Source of the DNA: Trichosphaerium sp. ATCC 40318
Taxonomy: Eukaryota; Protista; Tubulinea
DNA: 64,000 nt
Assembly: GCA_038496445.1 (NCBI GenBank)
Contig: JALMLS010000075.1
Coordinates: 124,001 to 188,000, forward strand
Reading direction: 5' to 3'
In this document: one piece after another, positions 47,875 through 61,314 of the stretch
Layout: every line of letters starts with the position of its first letter
Numbering within the stretch: the first letter of the stretch is position 1
Position numbers and translations under genes: made by a program
Notes under the pieces: model-generated
What the model saw: only the letters and a program-made list of their open reading frames with translations
What the model was told of the DNA's origin: nothing
Databases searched by the model: none

Positions 47875-50796
47875 TCATGATGTCATTGTACGCAATAAAG
47901 GGTATGGTTTATCAGCTAAAAAAGTTGGTATAGCCCCTCTGGAATTATACCGTGGTGTCAAATGTGGTGATGAGTCTCCAGGGTTGAAATAATAAAACAA
48001 GTATTTATCGGCAAAAACTCTATCAAAATCTTGAACATGTTCAAATACACCCTACTAAGAGTAAATAATAAATCAACATCTAAAAGTCTCTAATCACTTC
48101 TGTAATATTACTCAATATGTGAATGGGTGTAACCATTCTCATCGATTAAGATGAGAGCAAACGAAAAATCGGAAAAAAAAGTGTCAGATTTGACATTTTT
48201 GTTTTAATGTGTAGGTAAGTACGTACATGTTCCTGAAAGTATCTACCAATTATTACAGCAGTTAAGCGGCTATCAAGAGATAGTTGTTCAACCATCCAAT
48301 CGACAGCTTCGCTTGCTACAAAAAGGGATAAGTAAAACCGTTTTTTTTTTGTTTTTTAATGATGTAAGGCATGGGTAAATTGTCACGTACCTATGAAGCA
48401 TGATTTGTATAATTTGAACTTATATCTTCTGTTTTCTACTAGAATACCACCTGGACCGTCTTCATTCAAGGCGATAATGAGCTAGAAAAAAGGGAAAAGT
48501 CAGCAAACTTGCTTTGATAAAACCATCAAAGTTAGTTTTAATTGGTTCGTACTGCTCTTTCTATAGCACTAATATCTTTCCTTACAAGCGTTTTTAGCAT
48601 GTGGAACTTAAATAAAGCAATCTAAAAGAACAATTAGTATAAAGAAAACGCATGTAATGAGCGAAAACATCGCTACAAAGAAAACCGTTTCAACAAAAAA
48701 AAAAAAAAGAATGGTCAAGGACGCACTTGTTCATTAATATCTGGGTTCTTTCCGTTGAAATCTAGAATCGCGTGTTAGCTGAAAAAGAAAAACAACACGA
48801 AAATGAAAATAATCAACACAAACACGTGATCCTCACCTCCAACTTTACCAACTAATCTATTATGTGCAAGAACACGATCAATAAGTAAGCTATCAAATCT
48901 CATTGTTTTGTTTGATGTATTAAAAGCAATATAAGTATCAATACCATCATTAGTTGTTACACAACATTGATGTGCTAGAAGAGAAGACTTAATAAAAAGG
49001 CCGAAAAAAACAAGAACAACAAAATCCTATGTTTTTTTTTGTTTTGATAAATCAAGCGTACGATGACTCTTTGAGGCGTAACAAAAAATATCAATGACAT
49101 CTCCAAGGTTAAAACTTCGTATAAGAACAACATCATTATTACTATCTTTTTCTGTTATTGTTAAAGTGCTGTAAGTCATTTTCATTGAAACTGCTCTCCA
49201 AGACTTTCCGTCGCACAATAAAGCTTCAAGTACGGTACCCTTTTAAAATATAATATCAGTACAGTAAATAAAGCAGAATATACAAGCTTGATAAGCGTTT
49301 ACAGTGGCCAAAATAAAGGAAAATCAAAGCTTGAAATGGCTTTTTTGATGCTTCAACGAAAAGAGTCGACGGCAACTCCGGGCTCTTTTGCAACAAAAAA
49401 TGAACGTACAGCTTCCCATTCAGGATACCAAGATACAGTTAAATCTGAAAATGCATGTAATATTGTTTTTATAGCAGCAGCCACTCTTGGTGTAAGCTAT
49501 CACCAAATAGGTAAGTAAAAAGAAAACCTACTTATTAAAGTGTTGTTTACCGTTTCCCTTCCAAAATGCCTTCGCAATGCTTGTGCTACTGACACAGTAA
49601 AGTGAGTAAAATCGCTTCTTTTCATATCGTAAATTCTATGGTACAAGGCTAAATAGCGAACGTAAGTAAGATGGTAAGCAAAACCAAGTTTTTTTGAGTG
49701 ACACTGTTTTCAGAACAGAACTGAAAAGATTCTACATTCTTGACCACGTACATAATCTTCTGTAGATTTTATACATTTCTTCTGGATTATCCAATGTCTT
49801 TAGTAATCCCACAAAGAAATTCTGAAGCTTTCTTACAATATCAGGAATACTAGTAACATTCTAGTGACAAACAGTTAGAATAAAATACTTGTTTTGTTAT
49901 TTGTACTTTAAATAGCTCTACAAATCCACCACTTTTATTCATTATTCTCTGGTACATATCCCTTTATAAATAATAAGTAAATCAAACATTATATAATACA
50001 AGCACAAAATAAGAAAAACGACGAAATGAGAAAATGTCCAAAACTTTTATATTTTCTTACATAGCCATTTTGGGAGTAAAAAAAAAAAGCTTGTTTTCCT
50101 GATGTGTAATTCTGAGTCATTAGAACGTACTCAAAAAGAGCCATTGAATCAAGTTCAGGTAGTTCTGTAATAGTAACGAGTATTTTACGTAAATCAGTGC
50201 GTTGTGCTTGTGTAATATTGAGTAAAGACGAGCGCTCACCTCCGTAAGCTACAGTACGCATTATACTGTAGTTTCGAAGGTTCTTAAAGCAAAATTAGTC
50301 GGAGTCCGAGAAGAAAAAAAACATTTCGAAATAAAACGTCATTTCGTTTTATCTCCGCTTTACAAATATCGGGGTAGCTTACTTTAGCCATGAATAGAGC
50401 TTTATACTTGGTTCTCGTGACAATTGGTATTAAATGATCTTCTAAAGGTACTGGTAGGTTCATACGTTTTAAACCTTCTAAGCTTAGCCTATTACATGCG
50501 TTAGAGCAGTTTTATATCAGTCTTACTAAAAAGAAAGCGAGGACTATTACGTAGTCATTATTATCTATAAAACGCACCTACGAAGGTGATACAATGTGTA
50601 TATTAGGTTCTTTTTAAGTATATCACACCATGGCTTTATTTTAACAGTTTCTTTACGGTTGTTAGTAATATTAACGCTATAACTATCGAGTACCATTTAA
50701 ACGTAGTTTTTGTTTAATAATATGTGTCAAAAGCGATTCTACAGATGTTGTGTCCCTAAATGATGTGACGAGATCACCCCACTCTATAGCTGCCAT
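47875..50796 (-). CDS. SAM-like + globin + PH-like + DEP domain signalling protein
   Basis: Globin: 'ITQAQRTDLRK...FEDMYQRIM...ELFK...LLKTLDNPEEM..IYRRLSLYHRIY...DFTHF...ALRRHFG..LTPRVAAA'. DEP: 'RRYKFKLYKSCFIASEAVDWM...GVFEHV...FADKYLFYYF'. Confidence 0.8.
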
Positions 50797-51039
50797 AGTT
50801 GACGTGTTCCCAAAACAAATTCACAAGTGTGTAATTTAACGTAATTCCTTATTCCGATATCATAAGTCATAGTATGTGAACTAGTCCACTTAACTGAAGC
50901 TCAGCAGAGTTTGTGTCAACAATTTCCTCTTAGCTTATTTGGTCTGTAACTTCTCATATTGAGGCATTTAACAACATTACGCTAGTATTCGTAATACTGT
51001 CATGCTTTATTTCATCAATTTTTCTTTTCAATAATTTGT

Positions 51040-54000
51040 CTAATCCGTTGTCATAATAGGGCTTATCCTCCCTACATCAGGACCAGCTTGTGGTGCTTTC
51101 TTAACAACCAAAAAGTATATGATACCAGCAATAGTTGCTAATACTAGGAGGACAGCTACAGTACCACCTAATGCATAGTAAAGAACAGCATTATCTGATC
51201 CGCTTTTGTTACAGTTATTTCTTAGAATAAGAAACAATTGCTGTTGTCTATGCTGTAGTACTTTATCAAACTCTTGGCATTCACTATGCTCATCTACAAT
51301 AGCTACGTCTTTAAACGTAGGTACTTTATCTGTGCATTGATGCACAAGAACAAGAATCTCAACTCCGCCCTTTTTTGAAATAAAGTTAGACAATTGATTG
51401 TCAAACACTAATGTACTGTACCTCTGATTGACTTTGTGTACTGTCCCCTTTTAACAATGTAATATTAAGAGTAGTTTTACTAAAGTCAGGACAACCTTGA
51501 GTGGTCAAGGTACTATCTGTTACAATACCAACAAAGGTATCAGCGCTAAAAGTCAGATTGCCTTTTAAAAAAGTAAGTGAAGGAAAAACAAATCCATCTA
51601 AAACATACCAAGAATTGTTGTGTTTGAGTTAACAAGAAGAGATAGCCTCACATGCACACTTGTAGGTGTTACCCATGTACTTGCATTACAATATGACGTC
51701 AGTGTTGGCGGTGGCAGCTTACAAGTCTCAGAAGGTGGTGACGCAGGTGGTGAAGTAGTTGGTGTAGCGGCGGCAGGTGACGCTGTAGTAGGAGATTCTG
51801 TCGTTGGTGCCGTAGTGGCAGGCGATGCTACAGGCGAAGTAGTTGGTGCAATGGTGGTAGGTGATGCTGTAGTAGGAGGTTCCGTGGTAGGGGTAGCAGT
51901 AGTAGGCGCCTCTGTAGGTGAAGCTGTAGTTGGTGATTCTGTAGGTGGATCTGTAGTTGGTGCATCTGTAGTTGGAGGATCTGTTGTAGGTGCATCTGTA
52001 GTAGGTGGAGGTGTAGGCGCAGTTGTAGTTGGCGAAGCTGTAGTAGGTGGATCCGTTGTAGGTGCATCTGTAGTTGGAGATGCTGTTGGAGCCACTGGCG
52101 GTATTACGACTTGCACCTAATACAAGTATTCAGCGGGTTGTGAGTATATGATGTTGGTTAGTAAACGTACGTTGACATCATCAATGTAAGCAGTTACGGT
52201 GTTATCGAAATTAATAAAAAACATTTCTATCTGGTTTACTTCACTTGAGCACGAATAACCAGTTGTATCAACTGTGTATTGTTCCCAACCCGTTGACGAT
52301 AATATTATTGGTATATTTGTTGTCTAATATTGTTAGGGTTAGACAATCACGTGACAACTTGTTGTATGATTAAACTGTTTAAAAGAAAAAACAACTTAAA
52401 GTTCAAGATGACACCGTACGTCTGAGCAGCCAGCAAGATTGAAATCAATTTGTAGATTTAATCCCATAGGATTTTCTACGCGTAGATAGAAAGTAAAACC
52501 AGTGATGTGATTTATACTGTAAGTAACTGAATACCTATTGATAAAATTACCTCAAAAAGTAAAAAAAAACACAACTAGTTCGAAAAAACTAGTGTAAGTT
52601 GAGCTCAAAGATGACCTGATTGATTATCATTACATCAACATTAAAAATCAAGTAAAATGTGTTTACGTACAGGAGGTTTAAAAGTTTTATACCACTGACA
52701 AAATCTAAACGAAATAAGACTTAGTACATTGACTTTTTTCTTTGTTGCAAGTGTTTTTTACGTGCCTGTTAGTTTACCGCTTACAGAACCGGTATTACTC
52801 TGTTCCATATTATTAAAGTCATGAGTAAAACCTTGATGATATGATAAGATCCATTCCATTAGAGGAGGTCCCTACAAGTATTTTAAAACAGAAGTTGATT
52901 AAAAGTTATTAAGTACGTCGAGAAGGTTACCCGTTATACTCTCAGTAAATATTTCGGTCGATGAGAATGACCATGGACACGCCTCAGCGCCTTAAAGAAT
53001 TAAATATATGAACAAGTAATGAAGCATGTGTACCTGCTGGTACAGAAGTAGTTGGAAATTGGCCAGAACTCTAAAACAAAAATCAGGAGAAAAAGAACTT
53101 AACAAGAATTGACCGATACCTCAGCGAAATTTAAAGCGCCTATTGTAGCACCGGTAATATTTAAAGAATCTCCTATTAAAGAATTCAATGTGTGTTACAA
53201 TACAGTGAATTGTTTCGACCCAACATACCGAAACTTGAAGTAATCTAAAAATAATTAGAACACGTTTATTTGTTTTCTATAGTTGGGCTTACTCTGAACA
53301 CTGGACCACCTGTGCTGGTATCTGGTGTTTCTGCGTTATCGTACTTATATATGTTATCCATAGTTCTTAACATTCTATACCAGCCTCCAGATAAAAGTAC
53401 TTCGATAGTATCAACACCAACTGAAAAGAAACAAGAATTAGTCAAGTAAACAAAATAACATCCAAAAAAATAGGGTTGACTTTGATGAAGTATTGGATTG
53501 TGATAAATAAAAAGTTGAGTCAAGACCTACCTGCGAAATTGTACGGAGCCACAGTAAAGTCAGTTTCTGATACAGTATCGGAAGTAAACCATATAGCTAC
53601 ATTTTTACCTTCTGTTGGGCAAGGTATCTTACGCATTATTACATCAGCATATCCTCTGTAGAAACCTCCTTTAATAGACTAAAGTTCTTATTAAAAACCA
53701 AAAAATCATGTTTTTGAGCTTTGTTCGTACTGTAAGCAGTCCATCAGACTCATTCATGATAAAAGTAGGGTACTCATCGCCACACTCTGTAGCGATACAG
53801 TAACCAACAACCTTAAAAATGACATAAGAAAGGAAATATGACGAAAAAACCAAGATGTTTTTTTGGTCATTACCATTGCAATTGTGGTTCCGTGTGTTCC
53901 TGTAATATCATAGCACTCTCCACAACTCCCTCCACACTGTAAATCACCAGATGGATTTGTATCAGGGTCATAGCAACGGTTTGTGTCATCTACGATACCA

Positions 54001-54400
54001 TTTGAAGTGTTGAGAAAGTTGAACATGTGAGACGCCAATAGTATGAACTGTACGTTTTGAAACGTCTATAATATGCGTTAAAACGGTGCGCAGAAGTAAT
54101 TACTATGCTTTACGGATGTCATTCTTGGTGTGTTGCTTTCTCCAAAGCTGCACCCTACAATAGGCGCAGACGCTAATGAAATTAGTGTAGCTGGCGGCGA
54201 TGAATAGCGTACGATTGAATTGATTGTACTCAGAAGCTCGAGCTCTCTAAAAACGAGTTAATGTTTTAATCAATAGGCTCCAAACGTACTATACATTGAT
54301 TGTATATAAGTGCATCTTGCTGCTCAGGACCCAAGCAGTGTACAGACAACAGAAAAAAAGCCAGCAGTATCAAAACAACTCCTTTTGATGCCATCTTCAT
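51040..54400 (-). CDS. Membrane-anchored expansin-like protein (DPBB/expansin + CBM-like domain + Pro/Thr stalk + TM)
   Basis: Signal peptide; 'CSFG', 'GGSCGECYDITG', 'RKIPC' expansin-like motifs; PTT(D/A)(A/P)PT stalk; TM 'LGGTVAVLLVLATIAGIIYFLVV' followed by KK. Confidence 0.75.
51720..52100 (-). repeat. Coding mucin-like repeat (PTTxxPTT)
   Basis: 15-nt periodic repeats translating to PTTDAPTTDP / PTTASP. Confidence 0.95.
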
Positions 54401-54840
54401 TTTTAGCTATGGAGAAGCCTTGCTGATTAATAAAGAAACAGTTTTAATTGAAATCAATTGACTAGCAGTCTAAAACACCCACTTTTGCCGTAAACTACAG
54501 CTAAAAAGGGTTCTACAGTGAGTACACCAAAGATGGATTCGGTTATACCATAACAAACTAGGCTTCTTCTGCATTTTGAGTAGTGTTTACCCGACAACGT
54601 AAAATACCATTAGGTACACGCTGCAAACGCGAAGGTGTACTTTAGATGGGACATTAAATGTTTATTTGCTAAAACTAGCAATACGCCAAATAAGGGCGCT
54701 AAAAATTTTTTATATTATTACAGAGTAGCTATTAACAGCATAGATAAGTTATTCCGTTCCTCAGTCCCTTTTTGGTACAGATCCAAAAAAGGCTTTCGCT
54801 GTTTTAGTTTTTTGTTGCGTTTAACGTACTGCGTACGACC

Positions 54841-56863
54841 TTATTCTTCTACCGTTAGTTCAACGATACTATCATCGCTGTTATGATCAATTTCGCCGTT
54901 AGCTGCTTTGTATTCCACTATTTCGCCTTTGTAAGGTAGCTTACGCGCTCTTTTTCTGATATAGTACAAAGACGTATGCACTATTGCGAAAAGAAACAAG
55001 TACGCTGCATAGAAATAGCAGCAATATCGAAATAGATTTTTGAACCCAACTTTTTCGGATATGACACCACCAAGTAGGCTTCCTGTTCCGGAACCCACAC
55101 CCCAATAAATACCACTAACTATTCCCTATGTTTAGTTGATAAATACTCCGTTTTGGAAATCAGGAAAGCGACGAAGCCAAAAAACTGCGCGAAGAATTGT
55201 TTTGTTTGATTTGAAAATACGTACCACCATAGTAGTTTCCATACTCTTAGGTGCTATGCTCTTAGCGTATGTTACAGTGGCGTCCCAACCAGAAGCATAA
55301 GTGATACCTAAAGAGATACGTTGAGTAACAATGTCAAACTGTTGGGGCGAACGGTTGGTTTATAAAAAACCCCTTTGTAGTTTGTTAACATCCAAGTTTC
55401 TTCGGCGTACCATGAAGAAGCTCAATGGGCAGTATCACCCATGGGTTATGCAAAAAACTGTACCAAAGAAACCGAACAACAAAGCAAAAAATAGATAAAC
55501 CCAAAACTCCATTAATTCCCAAACGCTTTGTCATAGTTGCTAAATGTAGAACATAAGTTATAAAACATAGGAAGTGTTCGCTTCAGCAATAGTGAAATGC
55601 AGGGGAAACAGTAACGTACAAGCATAAACAAACACGACTACTTCTGAGACACAAGTAACAGTAAGACTTAATCCCATAAGTAAAACAGGTCCGTCAAGTT
55701 CTTGAAGCCATAGAAATAAATAGCTACCAATCACTCCCTAATAAACTAAGTAAGTTCTTAAATGAGCATTATATTCCCTATTTGTACATATGCTGATCCC
55801 ATAAAGAAGGCTGTTATAAAGAACAGTATAACATCAATTTTTGTTAAAACTTTAAAGAGATCACTGAACATTTTCTTGTTTTTTGATTCTTTCATGATTG
55901 GTAGAAAGTATACAAGACAAAAAGTAGCTGCTTGCATAACAGATTGTGCCCAAAAAGGAATAGCATTGATTTTTAAATAAGTTACACCAGCACCAACAAC
56001 TAAAAAAGTTACGAATCATTTCAGTTTCTACGGTTTTTTGTAATTACCTGGTGCAGCAATACCCCACCCTACAGCTCCCCAAAGTCGTTGTTTCCCGTAT
56101 CCATCAGTGCTTCCACTACCCAATATTTTTAGTGTAGTTGAATCGAGCATAGTTCCAAGAGGAGAAGTCATGAATTCGGATGCAACAACCTGAAAAAAAA
56201 ACAATTGAGAAAAACTATCGTTTAGAGCTTTTCTGTGTAAAAAATCACGTACGATTGCCAATATAGCGTAAAAAGATCTTGGCATGTAGTATATAGATAT
56301 ACGCATCAAACTTGAAACCACAATAGCACCTTTTGGAAATAAAATGTGTCACGTGATTGTTTTCATCAACAAAAAAATAAAATGAGAGATATTACCCATA
56401 AAGATGAACTTATGTTTTTGTAGCTTGTCAGCAATAAAACCGAAAGTTGGTGGTCCCTTTTGAGAAAATTAGCATGTTTTTGACGAGTTTTTGTTTAAAG
56501 AGTCGTCATTTCTGAATAACAAGCGTAAAAACGTGTTCAAAGGCACTCAGCTTCACAGAATAGCGCCAGAACTGAGAATTACGCTTGTTGTGGCAAGTTC
56601 AGTTTAAATCGAACGAATACGTACTATAAATCTCATGGCGCTCACGCCAGCTAATATTATGCCTATTTCATGTCCTTTTAAGCCAATATTCCCCAAAAAC
56701 AATGGTAGCAATGGAGCGTAGCTAGCAAAGCCCGCAAACATAGTCTAGTAAGTAAATTAGCGCGTATTAAATGCTTTTGGTCAATAGAGAGCCATACAAG
56801 ATATGTAACAGCATTTATAGTTAGCAACGTGCTCTGTGATCGTATGGGTTGCTCTTCTGTCAT
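54841..56863 (-). CDS. MFS transporter (MFSD6 / MFS_1-like)
   Basis: 'YGKQRLWGAVGWG', 'GFIADKLQKHK', 'LPIELLHGITYASGW', 'GVGSGTGSLLGG'. Confidence 0.9.
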
Positions 56864-57333
56864 TTCTGCCAGTGTTGCTGTACAGCTGCTCGATAGGCCT
56901 TTGCTATTCTTACTTTACCGCCACGGTAGTATGTTCGCGTATTAAAAGCTTCAATGAACAAATTTCAGCATAAGTTTCAACATCCACGTGCAAGCCTTAA
57001 GGAAAATCAATACACCTCATCAACTTACAATCACTTATTATGGTGCGTGATACGCTACATCTCTTTACCAGTGCAAAAGAGGTCATAAACAAAATGTTAA
57101 GACTTCAAACCAGCGCAGATTTGCCTTATTTGGTTGTTTCAAGCTTTTTGCAACATAATGACTTATGTCGTTCACATATACGGATAAATTTCTAGGTGCA
57201 CAAGCTTACATATAATCAATATTGCAGTGGCACTTGTATACCATTATTGCAGGAATAAGGCTTTGAGGAATGTACACATGACATTAATTTTTATTTTTGT
57301 TTCAAACTTGGATTGACTTCAACGAGTTTATGC

Positions 57334-59449
57334 TCAGTCTTCCTCTATCAATTCAGCTGTTGTTTTGTACACACCAAGGCCCATAAAAAATAGTGATGCT
57401 ATTATTAATAGTACTACTGGTAGTTTGTGATGATATGGACGTAAAAAGTACTTAAGATTTTCACGTGTTATAGGTCTATAAATAGTCAGTTGTCAAGTCT
57501 ACGTAGCAAACCACGTACAATCTCTCATTTTCCAATACCACTTGTTTACCCTGAACTGTTTCAGAATCATTACTGGAAACAATATCCTGGTATGGATCGT
57601 CACAAAAGAAAGGGAGTAATGCGTTTATGAAAAAAAAATTCTGTTTGATTAAAAAGTTGTTTCTGGTTTCTGCTGCAACGTACTCCATTAACATATAAAG
57701 GTTTTATCGCAGTCAGCCTCAAGTAAAACAGCGCTGGAAATATAAATACAATAAGCATACCTCCCTAGCGTTACAAGAGTAAGCTCATGTTGATACATAA
57801 ATGGAACATACTGTAGCAGCAGCGTAAGCAAATACAGTGTCTATGCCAGGAACAAAAATAGCAATCATGTATGTAAATGCAATGATACCAGCTGCTTCAA
57901 TGAATATCCTGATAGGTGGTGTAGGTTGTTTTGTAGGAAATAAAAGACGGTCTAAGGCGCTCCTTCAAAAAAAAAGTTAGTGAAAAAATCATTGTTCTAG
58001 AAATACGCAGTACCTTGACGCGTATGTAACAAGTGGATAGGAGAAAGCAATGATAATGGAGTATCCAAAAGATATAAAATCGAACAAAGTATCATTACCA
58101 GCAAAGTTAAGAAGGATGTTACCTAAAGAAACAAATAATTAACCAAGCCAATTACATGTAGGTGCTACTGAATGAAAACTAACAAAAGTCATTTTAATTA
58201 CTTTCAAGGTTATCGTAGAATGTTAGGTACGAGAACGCAGCCACAATAGTATACGTAGTAATACACGTGCCAATAGATATACAAATCTTCAAAAAAGAAA
58301 AATTAGTTCAATGAGTGAAGAACATAAATTTCTTCTCATTGTGATGATAACGTACTGATATGGTTATTGATTTTTGGGAGGTATCTTTCATACCATTCCA
58401 AATATGGAAAAGATTAGGATGGAACGTAAAAGAGAATAAAATTATAGGGAATGCTTTAAACAAGTTCAAGAAATCATTGCTAAGCTTGACTTGCTCGTTA
58501 TCGATGCCGCTTTTTGCTATCTCCTGAGACCCACGTAATACAACTCCAACCATCAAAAATAGTATACAAAGTATGGCAACCTAAATAGTATACTATAAGC
58601 ATGTTAACAGTAAAAACAAAGAAGGTACCAAGGAGATGTATCGCAAAGAATGTATATGTTGTAAATTACATAACGGAAATAGAATGACAACACAAATCAC
58701 AGCTTGAATTAACCTTAGCAGCGGTTAAGACTAACTAATTAACCTCACGTGTACCTCATATCTATGTACACATTGACCAGTTCCAATAACGCGCTCACAG
58801 TATCGCCTGAATGACATAAACACACAGCTTGTTTCAAATTCTATCAGATGATTTTTTTACCTAAAATGATGATATATCCCGTCTGAGCGCCCATTAGATA
58901 GAAAACAAGAGTAATATCCATCTAAAAATAACTATCAATTCACGTGACATTTTCGAAATAAAACACGTACCACTAAAGGTCCAAGCTTCTTTCCAAACGT
59001 AGAACAAGCCAAATCTCTGTAAGTTATGCCTAAAAACAATCCTGTTTAAGCTTTTTTGACAAATAAAGCGTAGAAAAATGTCATTTCATCTCACCTCCAT
59101 TTACAGGAGGGCTAGAACACGTGATAAGTAATCTTGCGCTGTAAATAACCAATAGAGCTTGTACAACAAACAAACACGTGCCAACCAAAACACCTAAGCT
59201 TTTGTAAGCGTCAATCGTAACAAAACGCGTATACATAGCTTTCAAGCAAGGACTTATCGCGTACTACTAACCTGATAACTTAAAAGTGTACGGAAGAGCT
59301 AAAATACCACCGCCAATGATCATATTTACCAAATTAAAGACAGCTGAAGGAATACCAGCTTTATCGCCGGTACGAATATTCTCAATTGGTGGGTTGGATT
59401 TTCCATTGAGTAAAGGGTTCGCTTCGCGATCAGAGCTGCTCTCTGACAT
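57334..59449 (-). CDS. AAAP/SLC38-like amino-acid transporter (Aa_trans)
   Basis: 'AVFNLVNMIIGGGILALPY', 'AFPIILFSFTFHPN', 'SYLTF', 'SYPL', 'FIFPA'; N-terminal EANPLL dileucine-like motif. Confidence 0.92.
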
Positions 59450-59653
59450 GCTTACAGCGACCTACGAAAATTTGGAAACACTGAAATTTGGTGCTCTTAT
59501 TGACTTAACCAAACATGACTTATAGAGCTCTCAAACAATTTTAAACAACGTACAAGGATCACTATAACAAGTGCGAAGCGTGGCGAAAGTTTTCGCGAAA
59601 ATAGACGCCAGCAGAATAGAAAAAAAATCTATTTAAACAAATTGACATTTTTT

Positions 59654-61093
59654 TTACTCTTTCTTCTTCTTTTGATGTCTCCATTTGATTTCTAGGCGGA
59701 TCCAAGCATCTATGATATCAGGGAAAAACCAACGCAAGTTATACATTATCTTATGCATATTATGTGTTATAAGGAGTCTATCGTTTCTATCCATAGCGTC
59801 CAACATCAATAAAGCACAAGTCTACAAAAACAGTTATTAGTTAACTTTTTCGTTTGTTGTGTATTCGTACAGATGCTTCCATTCCTGAACTAAGGTTGAG
59901 AACTGTATCTGCAGTTTTGGCATCACCGCCTAAAGGATGTTTAGGATGCATTAAGAATAGTACAATGGATAGATTAGATTACCAATGCGTAGTCTGTTAA
60001 TTTCAGTTTTAACAGGACCTGGAGCAGCAATCAAGATTGGAATCGATATACCACCCGCGCCACTACTAGCCAATTCTGAACGCACACATTGAAATAATCC
60101 TACGTAAAATAAAATTATTCTAATGACCGAAAAAACGTTCCAAAAAAAAAATTGAGAAAAAACCAAAAGAACAAGTGATGTTTTTTCTAAACTTGTGTGA
60201 CACAATTCTCCTCTGTAGTCTCGCGTAACGTGATTTTATGCTTCTGTGTACATTATAAAAAATAAACGTACCATCTAGAGCGAACTTTGCAGCACTGTAA
60301 CCACAACGTGAAGGGATACCAATAACACCTATAAAAAATGTCAACAAAGAAATGTCTAGTAGATGATACTCACCCGCTCTTGATGATGTGATTATAATAT
60401 GAGGTTGTTTTGATTTCTTTATATGAGGTAAAGCGTAGTACAACGGATTAACAGATCCAAAGAAGTTCACGTCCATTAACTTTGTGAACAAGTCCAAGTT
60501 TGTGATATTATCAAAGTGTGAGTGCATTGATGATCTACAAGTTGTTTAGAATGTCTAATGATGCACGGTATGGCGTCTGGGGTAACCCGTTTTTACGTAC
60601 CCTGCGTTTAAGAAAAGAAAATCAATACCACCGAATTCTTTGACAGCCTCCTTGATGAGGTTTCTATTAAGTAGTAAGAATCACTGTACAATTGTTTTTG
60701 CGTACTCGCAGTCCTCACGGACGATAACATCAGTCTTAACTGCTATTGCTTTACCACCAACAGCCTCTACTTCTTTTACAGCCTACATTGATGCTCAATG
60801 AACGGTTCACAAGGAGGAACAAAATTAACTAACCTCATCCAGGTTTTCTTTTCTACGAGCGGCTAGTACGACGCTAAAGGTATTGTTAGCAACGATTTTT
60901 GACACGTAATTACTTACCTGGTTCCTCGTTTGGCTAGCTCGATCGCTAACGCTCTACCAATACCACTACTGGCACCAGTGATGACTGCCACACCTCCTGT
61001 CTTTTTCTTTGGTGGTATTAAGCGGTACAAGCCGTAAAGAACCAAAATGGTAACTACCGAGCCCACCAAAAATACGCAAATCTCAGCGATCAT
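59654..61093 (-). CDS. Short-chain dehydrogenase/reductase (DHRS7-like, membrane-anchored)
   Basis: TGASSGIG, LNAG, VNFFG, catalytic YSAAK; N-terminal hydrophobic anchor; C-terminal KKKE dilysine motif. Confidence 0.93.
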
Positions 61094-61314
61094 TAGATGT
61101 CGTTATCAAGAGGAAGCAAGATAATGGTAATCAAAGGCCCGATAAAAAGTCAATTCTGTACAACCCTGAAATAAAACTTCACAATAAAAAAACCGGTTTG
61201 TGCGTTTGCGGCCCTTGGCAATTCTACAAAACGGTTTTCCCACATTTTTGCAGAAACTTCAGAATTACTTAACTGGTGTCTTTGTTTCTATGTATTATAC
61301 AACTAGCAGAGAAT

